From NCBI RefSeq assembly GCF_003428155.1, contig NZ_QLIR01000001.1:90001-122000 (forward strand): a DNA stretch of 32,000 nucleotides. Reading direction: 5' to 3'. Source of the DNA: Fastidiosibacter lacustris (GTDB taxonomy: Bacteria > Pseudomonadota > Gammaproteobacteria > Francisellales > Francisellaceae). Below, piece after piece: positions 18,738 to 28,287 of this stretch (positions are counted from its first letter, which is position 1; each line of letters opens with the position of its first letter). A model generated the notes under the pieces. It searched no databases. It was not told the DNA's origin and saw only the letters and a program-made list of their open reading frames with translations. The position numbers and the translations under genes are program-made.

Positions 18738-20105
18738 TTACTCTTTTTTGGTGGGTCGCTTCCAGTCTGGGACCACCACTTGTTTATTCATACGGTTAAT
18801 TGTCAATTTACCACTAGGTACATTTTTAGTAATGGTTGAACCAGCTGCAATGTTAGCACCATCGCCCACACTCACAGGAGCAATCAATTGGCAATCTGAA
18901 CCAATAAACACGTCATTACCAATGATGGTTTGGTGTTTATTCACCCCGTCATAATTACAGGTAATTACCCCTGCACCAATATTAGAGTCAAAGCCAATTG
19001 TGCTGTCCCCGATATAACTTAAATGATTCACTTTGGAGTGTTTGCCAATAGTTGACTTTTTCACTTCAACAAAATTACCAATTTGCGATGCTTCTTCCAA
19101 AATTGTACCTGGTCGAATCCGTGCAAAAGGACCTACAGTAACACTTGACTTAATATCAGCACCATCAATAATAGTGTTTGGCTTGACCTTAACGTTATTA
19201 CCAATAACACAATCTTTTAAAATGCAATTGGCGCCAATCACACAATCTTCACCAATGATCACATGACCCTTAATAAGCACGTTAATATCAATCCAGGTAT
19301 CTGCACCAATTTCAACTGAACCTCTTACATCAAATCGATTTGGATCTGCAAGGGAGACACCTTTTGCCATAACTCGCTCTGCAACAGCCTTTTGCCACAT
19401 TCGTTCAAGCTCAGCAAGCTGTGACCTCGTATTAACACCTAAAATTTCAAAATTATACGCAGGATGTGCTGCACGAATATTTATCCTGTCTTGACAAGCA
19501 AAAGCTACAATATCCGTCAAATAATATTCTTTTTGTGCATTTTTATTTTCAATTTTTGGAATCCAGTGGTGCAAGTTTTTACCAGAAACACAGTAAATTC
19601 CAGTGTTAATTTCCTTGATTTGCTTTTGAATGTCACTGGCATCTTTTTCTTCAACGATCAACTCAATTTCACCAAAACGGTTGCGTATAATTCTACCAAG
19701 TCCTCCTGGGTTCTCGACATGTGCCGTTAAAATACCTAAATCATCATCACGCGTTACATCAATCAAATGGTTTAAGGTGTCAAAGGACACCAATGGTACA
19801 TCACCATACAAAATCAGCACCTTATCTTTCTTTTTAATGTGAGGAAGTGCTTGTAAAACAGCATGTCCTGTTCCTAAGCGGTCCCTTTGCTCGACCCAAA
19901 TAATTTTTTTATCTTCCAGCGCAGATTGTACTTGCTGCCCTAAATGCCCCTGGACAATGATAATATTATCTGCCTGCAACGACTCAACAGTTTCGACAAC
20001 ATGACGAATAAGCGTTTTTCCTGCTAGCGTTTGCAGTACTTTTGATTTTTTTGAGCACATACGAGATCCTTGCCCAGCGGCAAGAATCACTACTGATAAA
20101 GCCAT
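18738..20105 (-). CDS. glmU: Bifunctional UDP-N-acetylglucosamine pyrophosphorylase / glucosamine-1-phosphate N-acetyltransferase
   Basis: Motifs: VVILAAGQGSRM, YGDVPL, C-terminal left-handed beta-helix hexapeptide repeats, and NYDGVNKH. Size is 455 aa. Confidence 0.96.
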   Translation of the reverse strand: MALSVVILAAGQGSRMCSKKSKVLQTLAGKTLIRHVVETVESLQADNIIIVQGHLGQQVQSALEDKKIIWVEQRDRLGTGHAVLQALPHIKKKDKVLILYGDVPLVSFDTLNHLIDVTRDDDLGILTAHVENPGGLGRIIRNRFGEIELIVEEKDASDIQKQIKEINTGIYCVSGKNLHHWIPKIENKNAQKEYYLTDIVAFACQDRINIRAAHPAYNFEILGVNTRSQLAELERMWQKAVAERVMAKGVSLADPNRFDVRGSVEIGADTWIDINVLIKGHVIIGEDCVIGANCILKDCVIGNNVKVKPNTIIDGADIKSSVTVGPFARIRPGTILEEASQIGNFVEVKKSTIGKHSKVNHLSYIGDSTIGFDSNIGAGVITCNYDGVNKHQTIIGNDVFIGSDCQLIAPVSVGDGANIAAGSTITKNVPSGKLTINRMNKQVVVPDWKRPTKKE

Positions 20106-20346
20106 TATTACTCCTTTGTCAACTCATCACATAAGATATATTGCCCAAGACTCTCTAAAGTTAATCTGATTGATCTTGGCACTATTGAATATCTTGTTTT
20201 AGAAATGATTTAGATAGTATAACGATTAATTGCTAACAATAAACTGTTAACCTATCCAAACATAGTAACTTAAACGATTATACAGTATGATAAATGGGAT
20301 TTTGCTTAAAACTAGAGAACTCATGACATAAGGATAGCATTTACCA

Positions 20347-21234
20347 ATGACCTTCATTTTTAATAAAGTCGCTATTATTGGCACACATGACAATCCTGCT
20401 GTTGCTGAAACAGTAGAATATTTGATGCATAGTTTAATCGAGCAATCACTTCGCGTTTATTTAGAAGCTGAGACGGCTGCTAGTCTAGATGATAGGTTTG
20501 GTGAAGGCTACAGCTTGAAAGCGATTGCTAAACATTGTGAAATAGCCATTGTTGTAGGTGGAGATGGTAACTTTCTTAATGCTGGCAGAAATCTGTCGCT
20601 CATTAGTGATATTCCGATTGTGGGGATCAACCGAGGAAAACTGGGATTTTTAACAGACATTAATCCTGATCAAATTACCACGCGCTTATTTGATGTTTTG
20701 TGCGGTCGTTACCAACAAGAACAGCGCTTTATGCTACAAGCATCCATCACAAGTGAGCATCACCCAACTGAGCAAACTGTTGCTTTAAACGATATTGTTA
20801 TTGCAGCTGGACAACATAGTAGACTTTTCCAAATGCACGTTCATATCGATGGTCGTTATGCTTTTGATCAGCGCGCTGATGGCATGATTATTGCCACTCC
20901 CACAGGTTCTACTGCTCATGCACTATCAGCAGGAGGTCCGATTATGCACCCAGGCTTAGATGCAATCGTACTTGTGCCAATGTTTTCACATTCGCTTAAT
21001 AGTCGTCCGATTGTGCTTAATGCTAACAGCCAAATTGAAATCACGATTGGGGAATATAACAACCCTGAGCCAAGTTTAAGCTTTGATGGGCATATGAAGC
21101 TTCAGCTTCGCCCAGCTGACACTATCAAACTACATCGCTGTAAAAAATCTGTCAGCATATTACATCCATTAGACTATGATTATTTCCATTCACTTCGCTC
21201 TAAGTTGCATTGGGGGAAAATGCTTTTTCCTTAA
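20347..21234 (+). CDS. nadK: NAD kinase
   Basis: Motifs: [36 protein letters not shown]. Size is 295 aa. Confidence 0.93.
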   Translation: MTFIFNKVAIIGTHDNPAVAETVEYLMHSLIEQSLRVYLEAETAASLDDRFGEGYSLKAIAKHCEIAIVVGGDGNFLNAGRNLSLISDIPIVGINRGKLGFLTDINPDQITTRLFDVLCGRYQQEQRFMLQASITSEHHPTEQTVALNDIVIAAGQHSRLFQMHVHIDGRYAFDQRADGMIIATPTGSTAHALSAGGPIMHPGLDAIVLVPMFSHSLNSRPIVLNANSQIEITIGEYNNPEPSLSFDGHMKLQLRPADTIKLHRCKKSVSILHPLDYDYFHSLRSKLHWGKMLFP

Positions 21235-22685
21235 CAGCATTGCCCAAAGATTACATCTAACTCACGCACGGCTTTCACATCATCTACTCGTTTTACAGAT
21301 TGAGCGATGGGCGCTTGTTTTACCTTTTCTGGATATGATGCTGCAAGTTTACGAATTTCAATCATTGCATCAACAAAAGTATCCATTTGCTCGCGTGTTT
21401 CAGTTTCAGTTGGTTCAATCAGTAAACATTCTGGGACAAGTAATGGGAAATAGATTGTTGGTGCGTGCATATCATAATCCAATAGCTGCTTGGCAAAATC
21501 ATTTGCAGTAACGCCGTATGCCTTTTTCTCAGCTGCAAGTGAAACGATAAACTCGTGTGAAGCACGTCGATCTGGTAATGCAATGATAAAGCCTGCTTTT
21601 TTCAACCTTGCCATCATATAGTTTGCATTTAGGGTCGCGATTTCTGATGCTTTTGTCAAACCATTACCGCCTAGAGTTTTCAGATAAACATAAGCTCGAA
21701 TCAATACCCCCACATTTCCCATAAAAGCGTGTATAGCACCAATGGTTGCTGGAATAGCACCTTTTGATCTAATATGATAGACACCTTTCTCTTTTGTAAT
21801 TGTAGGTACGGGTAAAAATGGCTTTAAGCGCTTATTCACTGCAATGGGACCGCCGCCTGGACCCCCACCACCATGTGGTGTAGCAAAAGTTTTATGTACG
21901 TTCATATGCATAACATCAAACCCCATTTTACCAGGTTTTGCTTTGCCCATAATCGCATTTAAGTTGGCTCCATCATAATAGAGTAAACCACCTGCTGTAT
22001 GCACTAATTTTGCTACTTCTTCAATATCACGCTCAAACACCCCCATTGTCGATGGGTTTGTAAGCATAATGCCCGCAGTGTTTGGTCCTAATACTTTCTT
22101 TAGCGTTTCAATATCGATATCCCCCGTTTTAAGGGAAGTTGGGATTTCAATGACTTTACATCCTGCCATTACAGCTGTTGCAGGGTTTGTGCCATGTGCT
22201 GCATCTGGCACAATAATCTCATTTCTATGTGGTTCATTGTTAGCAATGTGATAGGCACGAATCATCTGTACTCCTGCAAATTCTCCTTGGGCTCCAGCAC
22301 AAGGTACAAGAGATACTGCATCCATTCCAGTAACTTCAATCAAGATTTCTTGAAGCTCATACAGCATTTCCAATAAACCTTGCTGTGTATACTCATCTTG
22401 AAAGGGATGAATATTGAGTACAGATGGATTGAACGCACATTTTAAAGCTATGCGTGGATTGTATTTCATTGTACAAGAACCAAGTGGATAAAATTGAGTA
22501 TCAATTGAGAAGTTCTTTTGTGATAACTTGGTAAAGTGACGTAATACTTCAAGTTCGCCTAGCTCCGGCAACAAGGGTTTGTCTTCACGCAAGTATTGAG
22601 TATCGAAATGGGTTTCACCATTAAGTTTCCATCTTTGTGAATTTGCTCTACGTCCTGCTACTGATTTTTCAAAAATAACTGTCAT
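21231..22685 (-). CDS. gcvPB: Glycine dehydrogenase (decarboxylating) subunit 2
   Basis: N-terminus MTVIFEKS, and the PLP-lysine block [20 protein letters not shown] prefer the ATG at 22685 (GGAG 6 nt upstream, 1 nt after the gcvPA stop) over the TTG at 22703 used by the ORF track. Confidence 0.95.
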   Translation of the reverse strand: MTVIFEKSVAGRRANSQRWKLNGETHFDTQYLREDKPLLPELGELEVLRHFTKLSQKNFSIDTQFYPLGSCTMKYNPRIALKCAFNPSVLNIHPFQDEYTQQGLLEMLYELQEILIEVTGMDAVSLVPCAGAQGEFAGVQMIRAYHIANNEPHRNEIIVPDAAHGTNPATAVMAGCKVIEIPTSLKTGDIDIETLKKVLGPNTAGIMLTNPSTMGVFERDIEEVAKLVHTAGGLLYYDGANLNAIMGKAKPGKMGFDVMHMNVHKTFATPHGGGGPGGGPIAVNKRLKPFLPVPTITKEKGVYHIRSKGAIPATIGAIHAFMGNVGVLIRAYVYLKTLGGNGLTKASEIATLNANYMMARLKKAGFIIALPDRRASHEFIVSLAAEKKAYGVTANDFAKQLLDYDMHAPTIYFPLLVPECLLIEPTETETREQMDTFVDAMIEIRKLAASYPEKVKQAPIAQSVKRVDDVKAVRELDVIFGQCC

Positions 22686-22686
22686 C

Positions 22687-24063
22687 TTATGCTCCAACAG
22701 CAAGCTGAGTTAATACGGTTTCCAACACTTCAACATATTTATCTAAATCTGATTCATTATGAATTTCAGTGGCACAAACAAGTAGGCTATTTTGTTGTGA
22801 TGGGTCCAATAAAGATAAATCATAACCAAGCTGAACGTTGTGTTGAGTTGCTAAGCTTTTTGCTTCTTTTGCACTAACTGGTAAATCAACAACTATCTCG
22901 TATACATAGTTATGTAAAAAACGTACGTTAACCCCTACAATTTGGCTTAACTTTTTAGCAAGTTTTGTGACATTTTGATGTGATTCCAAGGCTATTTCTT
23001 TTATGCCTTTAGCGCCCATTAAAGACATATAAACCGTTGCTGCTGTCACAAGTAACCCTTGGTTTGAGCAGATGTTAGATGTTGCTTTTGCTCTACGAAT
23101 ATGTTGCTCACGCGCTTGAAGAGTTAAACAAAATGCTTCTTTGCCATCTTTATCAACCGTTCTACCAACAATACGCCCAGGCATTTGACGTGAAAGTTTT
23201 TCTTTAGTTGTAATAAATCCAAAGTATGGTCCACCACAGCTAAGCGGAAGGCCCAATGTTTGACCATCTCCACAAGCGATATCCGCACCACTTTCGCCCC
23301 AGTTACCTGGAGCTTTTAATATACCTAATACCGTTGGATTAACAACTGCTACAACCATTGCATTTTTAGCATGTGCCCAGTTTGTTAATGCTTCAAACTC
23401 AGTAATCTGACCATAAAAATTTACTTGAGATACAATAACCGCAGCATATTGACCAACTTCACACTCAGGCAAGCGTTTTATATTTGTACGCCCTTCTTGT
23501 GGCTGAGGGTATACAAACTCGACTTCAATACCTTGAGCGTGTGTCATCGTTTTTACTACATCAATGTAATGAGGGAAAATAATATCCGCAACCAACACTT
23601 TCTTACTTTTTGTTAATTTATTGGCACGCACAGCCATTAAAGCACTTTCAGCAAGTGCCGTTGCACCATCGTACATAGACGCATTTGACACATCCATTGA
23701 AGTAAGCGATGCGATCATCGTTTGGTATTCATAAATCACTTGTAATGTACCCTGAGAGGCTTCAGCCTGATATGGAGTATAGGATGTATAAAACTCTCCA
23801 CGACTGATAATATCTGTGACGATAGCAGGGGTATAATGTTGATAGGCCCCAGCACCAATAAAGTTCGTTTGTGGAATGTTTTTAGCACACTTATCGCTAA
23901 ATAAACGGTACATTTGGCATTCGTTTAAACCATCGGTTAAAGCTAGATGGCTTTTACTTTTTATCGATTGAGGTATCTCATCAAATAATGCTTCAATAGT
24001 ATTGACACCAATCTCATCTAACATGAGCTTAATATCTTTGTCGGTATGTGGAACAAATGGCAT
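22687..24063 (-). CDS. gcvPA: Glycine dehydrogenase (decarboxylating) subunit 1
   Basis: Motifs MPFVPHTD and [17 protein letters not shown]; 458 aa. A GAGGAG Shine-Dalgarno lies upstream. Confidence 0.95.
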   Translation of the reverse strand: MPFVPHTDKDIKLMLDEIGVNTIEALFDEIPQSIKSKSHLALTDGLNECQMYRLFSDKCAKNIPQTNFIGAGAYQHYTPAIVTDIISRGEFYTSYTPYQAEASQGTLQVIYEYQTMIASLTSMDVSNASMYDGATALAESALMAVRANKLTKSKKVLVADIIFPHYIDVVKTMTHAQGIEVEFVYPQPQEGRTNIKRLPECEVGQYAAVIVSQVNFYGQITEFEALTNWAHAKNAMVVAVVNPTVLGILKAPGNWGESGADIACGDGQTLGLPLSCGGPYFGFITTKEKLSRQMPGRIVGRTVDKDGKEAFCLTLQAREQHIRRAKATSNICSNQGLLVTAATVYMSLMGAKGIKEIALESHQNVTKLAKKLSQIVGVNVRFLHNYVYEIVVDLPVSAKEAKSLATQHNVQLGYDLSLLDPSQQNSLLVCATEIHNESDLDKYVEVLETVLTQLAVGA

Positions 24064-24102
24064 AAACGCTCCTCACGTAGTATTTGACTTTTTATTACAA
24101 AT

Positions 24103-24136
24103 AAAAGCGCCCAACACATAAGCATTGAGCGCTTTT
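24103..24136 (-). terminator. Intrinsic-terminator-like hairpin between gcvH and gcvPA
   Basis: On the minus-strand RNA: AAAAGCGCUCAA, loop UGCUUAUGUG, UUGGGCGCUUUU. The stem is 10-12 bp with a GC core and one G-U pair, followed by AUUUGU. It lies 14 nt after the gcvH stop and about 40 nt before the gcvPA ATG. Confidence 0.45.
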
Positions 24137-24149
24137 CATTTAATTTGCA

Positions 24150-24533
24150 TCAAGCATCAAACTCTTCAGCATACTCTTCGGCTGAAAGTAAATCATCAAT
24201 CTCAGATAGATCATCCATCTTGATCTTAAACAACCAACCATCATCATAGCAAGATTCATTAACGATCGATGGTTTATCTAAAAGTGCTTCGTTTACTTCA
24301 ATGATTACCCCCGAAACAGGTGCATAAACATCGGATGCGGCTTTTACTGACTCAACTACACACACATCATCACCTGCCCTTACTTCTTCATCAACTTCAG
24401 GTAACTCAATAAATACTAACTCGCCTGAGCTTGACTGTGCGAAATCATCAATACCACACACCGCAATATCACCTTCCAACCTCACCCATTCATGTGATTT
24501 CGTGTAATGACACTCTTGTCTTATCTCTGCCAT
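24150..24533 (-). CDS. gcvH: Glycine cleavage system H protein
   Basis: 127 aa with YTKSHEWV and the lipoyl-lysine motif VESVKAASDVYAPVSG. Confidence 0.95.
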   Translation of the reverse strand: MAEIRQECHYTKSHEWVRLEGDIAVCGIDDFAQSSSGELVFIELPEVDEEVRAGDDVCVVESVKAASDVYAPVSGVIIEVNEALLDKPSIVNESCYDDGWLFKIKMDDLSEIDDLLSAEEYAEEFDA

Positions 24534-24557
24534 AATTGACTCCTAAGTTTATTGATG

Positions 24558-25664
24558 CTAATGAGTTACCAGATTTTTCTGGCATTCTTTATATACTTTT
24601 TCACCTTTGCGTACAAATGGAAATTGCACGATTTTGGCAGGAATTTTTTTATTTCGAATTTCTACAAATACTTCTTCCGCATCAGCTGGAATGCGAGCCA
24701 AAGCAATACTTTCTCCTAAGGTTGGTGAGAAAGTCCCACTTGTAATAATACCTGTTTTATCACTATTTGCTATTAACACCTTTTGGTCATGTCTCAAAAC
24801 ACCACGATCCAAAAGCACTAACCCAACAAGCTTTTCATTAATCTTATCTTTTTTAGACAACAATGCCTTTTTACCAATAAAATCACGTTCACCTGAGAGT
24901 GACACTGTCCACATTAAAGCCGATTCAACAGGTGTTGTCGACTCATCCATATCCTGTGAATATAAATTCATCCCTGCTTCTAGGCGAAGCGTGTCACGTG
25001 CAGCTAGACCACAAGGTTGAACGCCTTGTTGTTTTAACGCATCCCAAAACGCTAAGGCTTCAGTATGCGGCATTGAAATCTCATAACCATCTTCACCTGT
25101 GTAGCCAGTACGTGCAATCATCCACTCACCCTTTTTATACATCGCAAAGGGTTTTAAATTTTTTACTTCTTCAGTTGCTAGATCTTTAAGTATTTGATTT
25201 GTTTTTTCACGCGATTGAGGTCCCTGAATTGCAATAATAGCCAAATCATCTCGTAATTTAATCTCAATAGCAAAGCTTATCCCATGCTTTTTTATCCACT
25301 TGACATCGGAGGTTCTGTTACCTGCATTAATCACTAAACGAATAAAATCATCTTCAAAATAGTAGGCAATTAAATCATCCACAATACCTGCTTCTTGGTT
25401 CAACATACAAGAATACATCGCCTTACCTTTAGCAAGTTTGTTAATATCATTTGCTAATAAGTATTGTATAAATGCTTTTGCATCACGACCAATAATATCC
25501 ACCGTTAACATATGACTAACGTCAAACATGCCTGCATCTTTTCTAACGGCATGATGTTCTTCTATTACACCTACATACTGAATGGGCATGTCCCACCCAG
25601 CAAAATCAACCATTCTTGCATGCTCTCGTAGATGTTTTTCATATAAAGGTGTTTTGAATCCCAT
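24558..25664 (-). CDS. gcvT: Glycine cleavage system aminomethyltransferase T
   Basis: Motifs: FAGWDMPIQY, MFDVSHM, TGYTGEDGYEI, ARDTLRLEAGMNLYSQD. Size is 368 aa. Confidence 0.95.
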   Translation of the reverse strand: MGFKTPLYEKHLREHARMVDFAGWDMPIQYVGVIEEHHAVRKDAGMFDVSHMLTVDIIGRDAKAFIQYLLANDINKLAKGKAMYSCMLNQEAGIVDDLIAYYFEDDFIRLVINAGNRTSDVKWIKKHGISFAIEIKLRDDLAIIAIQGPQSREKTNQILKDLATEEVKNLKPFAMYKKGEWMIARTGYTGEDGYEISMPHTEALAFWDALKQQGVQPCGLAARDTLRLEAGMNLYSQDMDESTTPVESALMWTVSLSGERDFIGKKALLSKKDKINEKLVGLVLLDRGVLRHDQKVLIANSDKTGIITSGTFSPTLGESIALARIPADAEEVFVEIRNKKIPAKIVQFPFVRKGEKVYKECQKNLVTH

Positions 25665-25911
25665 AATAAAAGCTCTTAAGCACTCATCCTTATTTAGTGT
25701 GCGCTCATTATAGCTAAAACAAAATATTGAATAAATCTCAAATCGGCAGAAAATTACAAAACAACAGAAATGTGAGTTAATGCACGATACCGTTATCGGG
25801 ATTTACATTAACCGTATTGAATGGGGGACGGAGTATATGAATGACAAAGTAAAACACTACCTCAATTTGCCAGAAAATATATACCCACCTATTTATGACA
25901 TTCAATAGCCA

Positions 25912-26784
25912 TTATGCACGTGCGGCTTGTGATTGCTTTAGGCAAATAGCAAGCATTGTGGCGGCAACAAAGAATACCGCTAATAGTGACAATCCATGGA
26001 TTGAGGTATTTGACATAAAAAGTGTTTCAGTTACTAGACAAATGCAAGGAGCAAGCGGCATATAAGCAAGCGCAGCATAAACACTGATATACTTTAAACC
26101 AACTTGAAATAGGTAAAGTGGCAAACAAATGGTTAATAATGAGATCAGTATAAAAGTGCTATAAAATGAGGGAGATTCAAATTTTATACCACCTGAATAA
26201 AAGGCGATGATTCCTGTAATCAGAACGAGTAAGAGAAAGCGCAGCGCTAAGATTTCAAAGGTGCTAAATTCATTGACTAATGTCTTTGAATAACGCGAGT
26301 AAATTGCACCAGTAACACCACCAATGGCAGCAAAAACAGCCATGAGCCATTGCCGAAGATCAGCGTGTTGATCGGTCATCGCAAGAATGCATCCAGTAAT
26401 TACAATTGCCATACATGCAATATCAAATCGATTTAGTTTTTTACCGATAAATAATCCAGCTATCATCATGCTCGAAAGGTAAAGCAGTAAAAAAAGCGAT
26501 GTCGGTAAATATAAGAGTGCAATAGTTGTGGCGCTCCAACAGACAAGAGAGGTCCAGTTTAGATTGAAGATTGTCGGGAATGCCTTTTTCAAATGGTGGC
26601 GTTTCTTGGTCAAGCCATGCAGTGAAAATGCTAGAAAGAATAAAATAAAAAAGACAAAGGTATAAAATGCCAGCACCATGGGTGGTGTGGACTGCACTTT
26701 GACATGTATAAGCATCATTCCTGCACTCGTGGATATACCAAACAGTATCATTGCCAAATGCGAAATATAGGCTTTAGTTTGCAT
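25912..26784 (-). CDS. DMT-superfamily (EamA-like) permease
   Basis: 290 aa and almost entirely hydrophobic, with about ten TM segments arranged as two similar halves. The start overlaps the end of the upstream ATP-grasp reading frame by 11 nt (26774-26784). Confidence 0.8.
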   Translation of the reverse strand: MQTKAYISHLAMILFGISTSAGMMLIHVKVQSTPPMVLAFYTFVFFILFFLAFSLHGLTKKRHHLKKAFPTIFNLNWTSLVCWSATTIALLYLPTSLFLLLYLSSMMIAGLFIGKKLNRFDIACMAIVITGCILAMTDQHADLRQWLMAVFAAIGGVTGAIYSRYSKTLVNEFSTFEILALRFLLLVLITGIIAFYSGGIKFESPSFYSTFILISLLTICLPLYLFQVGLKYISVYAALAYMPLAPCICLVTETLFMSNTSIHGLSLLAVFFVAATMLAICLKQSQAARA

Positions 26785-28041
26785 GGATCACCTCCATCGC
26801 CTGGAATTGTGCAATATAGTCAAAATCTTCTACCAAAGTTTTGTAAGAGTCTGCGAACACTCTAAGTACTGCGGCTTTATCAACAATATTTGTGGCATTG
26901 TTACAAATGACCTGCCCTTTTGTAACGCTCCATTGAATTAAATACTCACTTTTGATTTGTGGTGTGTTTAGGTCAACGATTTTTCCTGTAAGCAATGGGA
27001 AAAACGCCCAAAATGCTGGTCTAATAGCATAAGATGGCAACGGAATATCAATGCCAGATTGAAGCTTGAAATCCCAATCCATAAGATTAACACCAAAGTT
27101 ATACTGGTGCATTTCGTTTAAAATGGCGCCAGGCGGTCTTGCCGCAATTTCCAAAACACCAACTCTCCATTTTGCTCAAACACCTCCATGTGGTTTACAC
27201 AGTGCCTGATATTTAGCGCCTCTAAAGTCTTTTGTGCAAATTCGTGCAATCTGTTTTTTAAATACTGATCACGAATAACAGGTTTGCTTGCGAGCACTTT
27301 CCCCTGTGTCAATTCATGGTTTGGACATGAATATACTGATGCCTCAAGAAAAACTGTTTCGCCATTTTCGGTAACAGAGTCTATGTGATAGAGTTTGCCT
27401 TGAATATATTCCTCTATTTCATAGGTGCTAGCTTGCCACTCATTTTTACGGTGAAACGCTGCAAATTCATCAAGGGTTTGAATATGGTAAACTCCCTGAC
27501 TACCGCAACTGTCGATTGGTTTGACGATGATGTTGGAGCTGATTTGATGACAGATAACTTCATATGCTTCCTTTGATGTTAGATCTCGTATTTGATTGAA
27601 GTGCATACATTTAGGTACGCGAATACCTTTACTGTGTAGAAGATCTTTCATCATAAGTTTATCGCGACACTTAACCAGGTCATCATATTTGGCACCCCAT
27701 AAGTCAAATTCATCACGTAATTTGCCAATCGCTAATAAATTGAACTCATCTGTGCAAATTAAGACAATTTCATTTTGTGCAAACTGCTGCATCTCATTCA
27801 AGATAATACGTTTTAGTTCATCATAATTAAATTCGTATAAGAAGTCGTATTTCAGTTGTGTTGATGTGTTGTAAATGTGATCCAACTGCTGTTCAAACTC
27901 ATGGGGAATATTTTCTTTGAAGTAGTCGTCCAGAACTGCCACTATTCGATGGTCACCAAGCTGCTTTACTCGGGATAAAAGATCAGCAGAATAGAAACTA
28001 CCAAATCTAAAGTTTATGAAAATTATTGTCTTCTGACTCAT
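26774..28041 (-). pseudogene. ATP-grasp carboxylate-amine ligase (L-amino-acid-ligase-like), interrupted by a 1-nt frameshift
   Basis: The two track ORFs (27118-28059 and 26774-27154) are halves of one ATP-grasp enzyme. The N-part carries DKLMMKDLLHSKGIRVPK, IIVKPIDSCGSQGVYHI, YEIEEYIQGKLYHIDS and VNHMEVFEQNGELVF. The C-part continues LEIAARPPGAILNEM... in the -1 frame. Adding one T to the run at 27153-27156 (A4 on the plus strand) restores ...GELVFLEIAARPPGA.... The likely start is the ATG at 28041 (MSQKTIIF) rather than the TTG at 28059. Confidence 0.75.
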
Positions 28042-28287
28042 AAGTAAGCTACCTCTCAAAATTAAACTTTATGCCAACATGTATTTTTTCTGAGTACCTG
28101 AAAAGCTATTTTCCATGATAGCCGCGTATGCTCCTTAATTTATCGCCATTATTTGAGTAACTTAAATACAAACGTGGAAGCCCCACTTTTTATGTGCAAT
28201 TTGTAGTAAAAAGCTCACTTTTTGGTTTCGAGTTAGTGTAGACTGACCGGAAATTAAGTTCTATCCGCATAAAATACGTAGATTCAG

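Noticed and set aside
16839-19842. Track ORFs 16839-17066 (-), 17267-17470 (+), 18748-18954 (+), 19033-19266 (+), 19464-19730 (+) and 19630-19842 (+).
   Set aside because: They overlap glmS or glmU in other frames or on the other strand. The glmS and glmU frames are unambiguous.
21176-25189. Track ORFs 21176-21511, 22069-22251, 22194-22376, 22689-22877, 23425-23616, 24536-24745, 24607-25020 and 24899-25189 (all on the plus strand).
   Set aside because: All are antisense to the gcvT/H/PA/PB genes (21176-21511 starts in the nadK 3' end). They have no motifs or SD sequences. These are typical shadow frames of long minus-strand genes.
25676-25703. CIRCE-like half-site TTAAGCACTC followed 9 nt later by TAGTGTGCG.
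   Set aside because: The right arm matches GAGTGCTAA at only 4 of 9 positions. The left arm has an extra base. The element lies upstream of gcvT, not a chaperone gene.
25780-25908. A 42-codon plus-strand ORF (MHDTVIGIYINRIEWGTEYMNDKVKHYLNLPENIYPPIYDIQ*) between gcvT and the DMT gene.
   Set aside because: It has only weak SD-like sequence at unfavourable spacing and no recognisable motif. It lies in the region that should hold the gcvT promoter on the other strand. I cannot support it as a gene.
25665-25911. Possible glycine riboswitch in the gcvT leader, since many bacteria control gcvT this way.
   Set aside because: I reverse-complemented the spacer and did not find the conserved glycine-aptamer blocks (GGAGAG ... 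CACCG ... ACCGAAGGGGCAA-like). The best -10 (TATAAT at 25707-25712, minus strand) would leave a leader of only about 40 nt. A covariance-model scan (Rfam Glycine) would settle it.
27121-27175. Programmed -1 ribosomal frameshift as the explanation for the split ATP-grasp gene.
   Set aside because: The junction (GUG UUU UGG AAA) is not an X XXY YYZ slippery heptamer. After a -1 slip, tRNA-Phe would pair with GUU, and I see no downstream pseudoknot or hairpin. A 1-nt deletion or a sequencing error in the T run is simpler.
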